A stretch of 20,000 bases of DNA. It comes from an uncultured virus (IMG/VR IMGVR_UViG_3300034106_002431) (taxonomy: Duplodnaviria; Heunggongvirae; Uroviricota; Caudoviricetes). Below the pieces are notes generated by a model that was given only the letters and a program-made list of their open reading frames with translations, had not been told where the DNA came from and did no database searches. Shown here in pieces: positions 15,536-20,000 of this stretch. The stretch lies in IMG/VR virus record IMGVR_UViG_3300034106_002431. The stretch is one strand, 5' to 3'. Every line of letters starts with the position of its first letter. Position 1 is the first letter of the stretch. The position numbers and the translations under genes were made by a program.

Positions 15536-16060
15536 CTATAGACTGACGATGTCAACTGGGCCCATGCATGATGGGTTAAATTTAATTGCAGCATTTACTG
15601 CTTGGACTACTCTATTCCTTGCATTTTTCTGCTTATCTGTTGCATATAAAACTCCATATGCATACTCTGCTCCAGACCCCATAGCAAGGTATGGGAGTGT
15701 ATACTTAGATAAAGACATGTCCGCAGAACTATGCTCATAGATGTTTCCACGAACTGCAATAATTAAACCAAGGTCTCCATCTTTTGATGTATCAACCCAG
15801 AACTCGTTGTAAAATTCTTTTAGTTCTTTAATAAATCTTGTCTGCATAAACTTGTCTGTGTCTTTAATGTTAGGTGGTGTTGGCTTAAAGTTATAACGGA
15901 TTCTTTCTCCGTCCATTGATCCAGCGTAACCAATAAGATAAGGACCTATCTTCCAAACCTTTGGTGCTTCAAGTGCTAGAATGGTGCCATCATCTGATGC
16001 CCCACGATCTCCAGCCATGTAAATTTTATCTTCATGGCGTACAACTGCAATACAGGTCAT
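15536..16060 (-). CDS. HslV/proteasome-beta-like Ntn-hydrolase peptidase
   Basis: M-T N-terminus, MAGDRGAS, PKV, IGYAGS, AMGSGAEYAYG. Confidence 0.8.
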   Translation of the reverse strand: MTCIAVVRHEDKIYMAGDRGASDDGTILALEAPKVWKIGPYLIGYAGSMDGERIRYNFKPTPPNIKDTDKFMQTRFIKELKEFYNEFWVDTSKDGDLGLIIAVRGNIYEHSSADMSLSKYTLPYLAMGSGAEYAYGVLYATDKQKNARNRVVQAVNAAIKFNPSCMGPVDIVSL

Positions 16061-16091
16061 GACAGAGCCCTCTCCAGATAGGTGATACTCA

Positions 16092-16121
16092 AGTATACCA
16101 TTGCCCAGAGAGGGCTGTCAA
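16092..16121 (-). promoter_or_regulatory. Consensus promoter for the HslV-like gene, embedded in a long inverted repeat
   Basis: TTGACA (16121-16116), 18-nt spacer, TATACT (16097-16092), with extended -10 TG. Confidence 0.8.
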
Positions 16122-16137
16122 CTACCTTCAATAATGA

Positions 16138-16422
16138 CTAATTAGCCTTTTTGTCTACCGTCTTAAACGCATCATTGATCTCTGCCAATGTGAGTTTTCC
16201 ATCGTCCAAAAAAGCCCTTGCCAGTCTTTCAATGACTGTTGCTACGCCTAATAGTCCTGCTAAGAATACTGCCTGCATTGTGTCAATTCCAACCACTGCT
16301 CCAGCACCAAGTACTGATAGACCAGATGCTGCAAAGACTGCTAGGATTCTCATTAAAATATTAGTGATTGCCTTTTGTGGGTGCTCCTTCTTAGGAGGCT
16401 CTACTACCTTTTTAGTTGCCAT
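16138..16422 (-). CDS. Small two-TM membrane protein (holin-like, function uncertain)
   Basis: Start moved to MATKK (16422) behind SD AGGAGG. Two hydrophobic helices, then LDDGKLT..EIN. Confidence 0.75.
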   Translation of the reverse strand: MATKKVVEPPKKEHPQKAITNILMRILAVFAASGLSVLGAGAVVGIDTMQAVFLAGLLGVATVIERLARAFLDDGKLTLAEINDAFKTVDKKAN

Positions 16423-16424
16423 AT

Positions 16425-16631
16425 TTAGTCCTCCTTTCTTAGTGGGATTGTAATTAGCCAGATTATTGTGGTTGCAAGTACTGCAATACCAACTATGTCT
16501 CTTGCTGATCCCGTTAATGTTAACCATGCAATAAAGAAGCCAAGGAGGGTAAAGGCTTGTGCGATTATCTCCACCCCTGCATCTTTTAGCCATGTGAAGA
16601 ATCCCTTCACAACCTTTGTTATTATTTTCAT
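16425..16631 (-). CDS. Small two-TM membrane protein
   Basis: ORF track; SD GAGGAGG. Confidence 0.8.
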   Translation of the reverse strand: MKIITKVVKGFFTWLKDAGVEIIAQAFTLLGFFIAWLTLTGSARDIVGIAVLATTIIWLITIPLRKED

Positions 16632-16632
16632 A

Positions 16633-18786
16633 TTACCTCCTCATCCCAATCATTACATTTGCAATCTGTGAAACAATGATTACTGGGATAATGACTTCCT
16701 GGGCTTTCTCTCTCTGATCGTCTGTCATGTCCATACCCAACTCAGAAAAATTGGATAGGAGTTCTGTAACATCCACTTCAAATACTGCACCAAGTGGATC
16801 TGCTAAAAATGCTTCTGTCTGTACTTCTGTTACTGCATCTGCTAATGTAAATGGCATTGGTGTATCCCCTGCTGATTCTGCTCTGTCAGTAAACTCAACA
16901 AATGCTTCAGCAAGTGCTGGGTTAGACTTCATCTGCTCAGCAATCTGTGCAACTTCTGACGGCTTAATACCAAGGTCTTCTGCAACCTCTACTTTTGCTT
17001 CTTGTGTCAATGCTCTAAGTGTCTGACTAACTGCTGTTACTTGTTCAGGGGAAAGAGTAACTAACTTATTATCCTTGCTTGTAAGGTTAGCAATAACTCC
17101 AGATAAATCTTCTGCTGTTCCTGTACCCTTTTCAGGAATGAGGGCTGCTAACACTTCATCTTTAATTTCTGCATCTGGTTCAGTCCAGGGATTATCTTCT
17201 GGCTCTGGATCTGGTCCAGGCTCTGGTGAAGGTTCTGGTGTAGGTTCTTCAGTAGGTTCTACAACTGGCTCTTCAGTTGGTTCTGGATCTGGGGTAACTT
17301 CTGGGGTAGGTTCAGGTGTAGGCTCATCTGTAGGGTCTACTGTAGGCTCTGGTGATGGCTCTGGGGTAGGTTCAGGCGTTGGTTCATCTGTAGGCTCATC
17401 AGTTGGGTCTGGCGAAGGCTCTGGAGTTGGTTCATCTGTTGGCTCTTCGGTTGGTTCTGGAGAAGGTTCTGGTGTGGGTTCTGGAGTAGGCTGATTGGCT
17501 GCAGCGTTGGCTGCTGCTTGAGCAATGGCAGACTGAATTTCTCTTTGTAGTTGATAATCATAGTAACGCCATGCATCATCAATAGCATTATTTAAATCAG
17601 TTATTGATTGATTATATATTTGTATTTTGCTATTCTTTAACTCTAAAGCATCTTCTGTATCTGCAACGGCATCAAGATGTTCCTGTGTCTTAGTTTGCAA
17701 AACCTGATTCATTGATGACAGTGTTGTATTCTCAGAGTTGTATACGCTTAGTTTGTCATTGTATACTGCCAATTTATTGTTATAGTTTGTTTGTGCTATA
17801 GCCTGTGCTGCAACAGCATCATTGTAAGCATTTATTTGTGATTGAGTTGGTCCTGATCCAGAAGAAAATGTATTAAGATTACAACTAAAGTTTTGTCCCC
17901 ATACTCTTGGATTTCCAGCATAGTCACAACCTGCTCCAGTCCATCCTCCAGGAATTGCCCATCCAAGAAGGTAGGATCCAGGGCCTCCTCCGTTGTACCA
18001 CCATATTTCTACATCTAAGGTTTTGTCTTCACTAACATCATATACGGGAGAGTAATCGCTCCAAGTTGTCCCTTGCTCTACCCAGTTATCAACAGCAAGT
18101 TGACCGTCAACATACATTCTAAAACCATCATCCGTATATCCTGCAAAGTAGGTTTGTGTAAACCATGAAGGGACTGTTATCTGTCCAGTAAATTTAACTA
18201 TAAGGTTTTCGTATCTATTACCGCAAACTGGAAGTTGCATACTGCTTGAGTTCCAGGTGCCAGAACAAAGAACAGATCCTGGGGTAGCAACATTACCCTG
18301 CCTAACAAGAGTATAAACAGTGTATGCCAAACCTGTTCCCCCAGCACTCTGCATATTAGATTGTGTGGTTTGAACATTAATATTGGCTATGCTGAGTGCA
18401 TCTTGAGCATCATTCTTTTCTTCAAGAGCGTTGTCTTTATGTTCAAGGGCCAAGGCTACTGTGGCTGTCTGCCCATCCACATTTGACTGGGCAAGGTTCT
18501 TTACTTCTAAGGCTGTGGCTTCTGCTTCTACTGCATCTTCGTGGGCATCATAGGCATCATCTTTAAGTTCCTTCGCATTTGTGGCTGAGGCAAACTTATT
18601 TTCTGCTATCTCTATAAGATCTATAAAATCATCTTGATAGCCAAGGTCATCTACGCTATCGTTAAGTTTCTGTATTTCTTGGGATGCTACTGTGAGTGGA
18701 TCATCAGAGTGGGCTTCCTGGGGGGCTATAAGTAGCCAGCCAAAGGCTAGAACTGTGGCTGTTACTATTCTTAGTAGTCGTTTAAT
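16633..18786 (-). CDS. Large secreted/surface protein: signal peptide, coiled coils, PA14-like domain, PEPT linker, hydrophobic C-terminus; probable ATT start
   Basis: The frame is open 102 codons upstream of the track's GTG, giving IKRLLRIVTATVLAFGWLLIAPQEAHS-DDP. PA14-like FTGQI...TDDGFRMYVDG...IWWYNGGG. Confidence 0.8.
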   Translation of the reverse strand: MKRLLRIVTATVLAFGWLLIAPQEAHSDDPLTVASQEIQKLNDSVDDLGYQDDFIDLIEIAENKFASATNAKELKDDAYDAHEDAVEAEATALEVKNLAQSNVDGQTATVALALEHKDNALEEKNDAQDALSIANINVQTTQSNMQSAGGTGLAYTVYTLVRQGNVATPGSVLCSGTWNSSSMQLPVCGNRYENLIVKFTGQITVPSWFTQTYFAGYTDDGFRMYVDGQLAVDNWVEQGTTWSDYSPVYDVSEDKTLDVEIWWYNGGGPGSYLLGWAIPGGWTGAGCDYAGNPRVWGQNFSCNLNTFSSGSGPTQSQINAYNDAVAAQAIAQTNYNNKLAVYNDKLSVYNSENTTLSSMNQVLQTKTQEHLDAVADTEDALELKNSKIQIYNQSITDLNNAIDDAWRYYDYQLQREIQSAIAQAAANAAANQPTPEPTPEPSPEPTEEPTDEPTPEPSPDPTDEPTDEPTPEPTPEPSPEPTVDPTDEPTPEPTPEVTPDPEPTEEPVVEPTEEPTPEPSPEPGPDPEPEDNPWTEPDAEIKDEVLAALIPEKGTGTAEDLSGVIANLTSKDNKLVTLSPEQVTAVSQTLRALTQEAKVEVAEDLGIKPSEVAQIAEQMKSNPALAEAFVEFTDRAESAGDTPMPFTLADAVTEVQTEAFLADPLGAVFEVDVTELLSNFSELGMDMTDDQREKAQEVIIPVIIVSQIANVMIGMRR
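17200..17490 (-). repeat. Coding low-complexity repeat (PTPEP/PTDEP/PSPEP)
   Basis: Degenerate 12-nt-period repeats encoding a Pro/Glu/Thr stalk. Confidence 0.9.
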
Positions 18787-18824
18787 TACCTTTCCCCCTT
18801 GCAGACGACATGTCTGATAGGATG

Positions 18825-18833
18825 ATTATACCA
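18825..18833 (-). promoter_or_regulatory. Extended -10 promoter for the PA14 protein gene
   Basis: TGGTATAAT just downstream of a terminator. Confidence 0.7.
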
Positions 18834-18844
18834 TTTTATTGCAC

Positions 18845-18877
18845 AAAAAAGGGGCTACCGTAATTGGTAACCCCTTT
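18845..18877 (-). terminator. Intrinsic terminator
   Basis: AAAGGGGTTACC-AATTAC-GGTAGCCCC-TTTTTT. Confidence 0.9.
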
Positions 18878-18890
18878 AATGTTGGACTAA

Positions 18891-20000
18891 TTACTTAACT
18901 AGAGTAACCTTAGCCTTTGGATTCTTCTTGTTCCACTTTGTAGCAAGTGCATTGAATGACTTCTTCAAAGAAGAAAGTGCTGCTGCATTATCTGCAGTCA
19001 ACTTAGCAATCTGTGCATCCTTAGCAGCAAGAGCAGCATCTGATGCTACCTTTGCATCTGCAAGTGCCTTATCTGAAGCAGCCTTTGCCTGAGCAACTGC
19101 TGTTGTTGTGTCGTCCTTGAACTTTGCAAGTTCTGCATTCTTAGCAGCAAGTGCTGCATCTGAAGCAACCTTTGCAGCAGCAGCATCGGCTGCAGCCTTA
19201 GCAACGGCAGCAGCAAGAGCATTCTCTGCAGCAATCTTTGCAGCAGTCTGTGCAGCAAGTTCTGATACTAGATCACGAACTGCAATCTCTGCGAATGGTG
19301 CAAGTGTTGGAGCAGTCAAACCAACTACTGCTGCTGCAACTGCATCTGATGATGTTGTTGGTGCAAAAGTAATTAGTGAGCGTGTTCCTGTTGTTGGAAG
19401 AGTAGCCTTAAAGGTTGCTGTTCCAAAGTCTGTTAGAGTAGCACCAGTTGTTACTGTTGCTGTATCCATAACTGCTGTTGAAGCAAATACGGTTGCTGTA
19501 ATTGACTTGCCAGATACCTTGTTGCCAAATGCATCTGTTGCAGTTACAACTATATCCTGCTTAGTTCCTGCTGCACCTGCTGAAGGTGCTGAAACTGTTA
19601 GGTTGTTGATCTTGCCAGCAGTACCCTGTACATAGTATGTAAGAGTTGTTCCACCATTGTTAATTACAACGGTTCCAATTGCTGTTGTCTTTGTGTAGAC
19701 AAAGAATGTTGCAGTTGTTCCAGTTCCTGTTGCAATTGTCAAAGATGATGATCCTGACGATGCTCCGACTGGTGCTGCTGATGTGTGTAGTGCTGATACG
19801 ATTGTTGCGTTAGTTGCTACTGCAGAAACTGATGTTCCTGCTGCTACTGTTGCCACAAAGCGTAGTGCATCTGCTGCATCGATTGTGTTATCTGCTGGTA
19901 CTGGCAATGTGGCAGGGGTAGCAATTACACCATTAGTTGTATTTGCTGTTCCATCTAGCGTTACCGCTACTGTCATTACTGTAGCATTTGCAGGTGCTAC
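18891..20000 (-). CDS. Ala/Thr-rich secreted surface (Ig-like/S-layer-like) protein with Ala-rich coiled coil; 5' end outside the window
   Basis: Frame open to base 20000 (...VAPANA-TVMTV looks like the end of a signal peptide). Thr/Val-rich beta region, then AAKVASDAALAAK repeats and a basic C-terminus. Confidence 0.8.
   Translation of the reverse strand, partial: VAPANATVMTVAVTLDGTANTTNGVIATPATLPVPADNTIDAADALRFVATVAAGTSVSAVATNATIVSALHTSAAPVGASSGSSSLTIATGTGTTATFFVYTKTTAIGTVVINNGGTTLTYYVQGTAGKINNLTVSAPSAGAAGTKQDIVVTATDAFGNKVSGKSITATVFASTAVMDTATVTTGATLTDFGTATFKATLPTTGTRSLITFAPTTSSDAVAAAVVGLTAPTLAPFAEIAVRDLVSELAAQTAAKIAAENALAAAVAKAAADAAAAKVASDAALAAKNAELAKFKDDTTTAVAQAKAASDKALADAKVASDAALAAKDAQIAKLTADNAAALSSLKKSFNALATKWNKKNPKAKVTLVK

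Noticed and set aside
17200..17490. Possible CRISPR array or DNA-level tandem repeat
   Set aside because: Repeats vary at synonymous positions, have no spacers and encode a Pro-rich linker.
17075..17494. Plus-strand Gly/Ser-rich 139-aa ORF
   Set aside because: Antisense shadow of the PEPT repeat in the minus-strand gene.
18480..18786. PA14 gene as a 5'-truncated pseudogene or with a GTG start at 18480
   Set aside because: The upstream frame is intact and encodes a well-formed signal peptide behind a well-spaced SD; the GTG has no SD.
19046..19635. ORFs 19046-19258 (-) and 19108-19635 (+), and the other plus-strand ORFs in the track
   Set aside because: Alternative-frame or antisense shadows of well-supported minus-strand genes.
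1..20000. Bacterial chromosome origin, alternative genetic code, or mobile elements (intron, intein, transposase)
   Set aside because: pstS lacks visible pstCAB context upstream, gene content and packing are phage-like, ORFs are intact under code 11, and no mobile-element motifs were seen.

Overview
AT-rich, gene-dense segment of a large tailed-phage genome, most likely a freshwater actinophage. The host inference (low-GC Actinobacteria) rests on a WhiB-family gene, many leaderless genes and an Ala/Thr-rich secreted protein. Essentially all real genes are on the minus strand. Contents: auxiliary and host-takeover genes (PstS, Hsp20, WhiB, thermonuclease, HslV-like Ntn peptidase, S8 protease, GPx-like protein); lysis-type genes (CHAP endolysin, holin-like proteins); a tRNA-Asn; two large secreted proteins; and a translationally coupled tailoring cassette (luciferase-like monooxygenase, sulfotransferase, 2OG-Fe hydroxylase, APS kinase fused to a HIGH-motif nucleotidyltransferase, DUF2061, flavin-dependent halogenase). 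The non-coding DNA is unusually structured: a ROSE-like hairpin over the hsp20 RBS, a candidate ~105-nt sRNA, two covarying copies of a small pseudoknot (one abutting the tRNA), promoter-spanning anti-SD hairpins before the endolysin and the HslV-like gene, PHO-box-like repeats before pstS, and a large secreted-protein gene that appears to start at ATT. All family assignments are by eye from motifs; no searches or folding programs were run.
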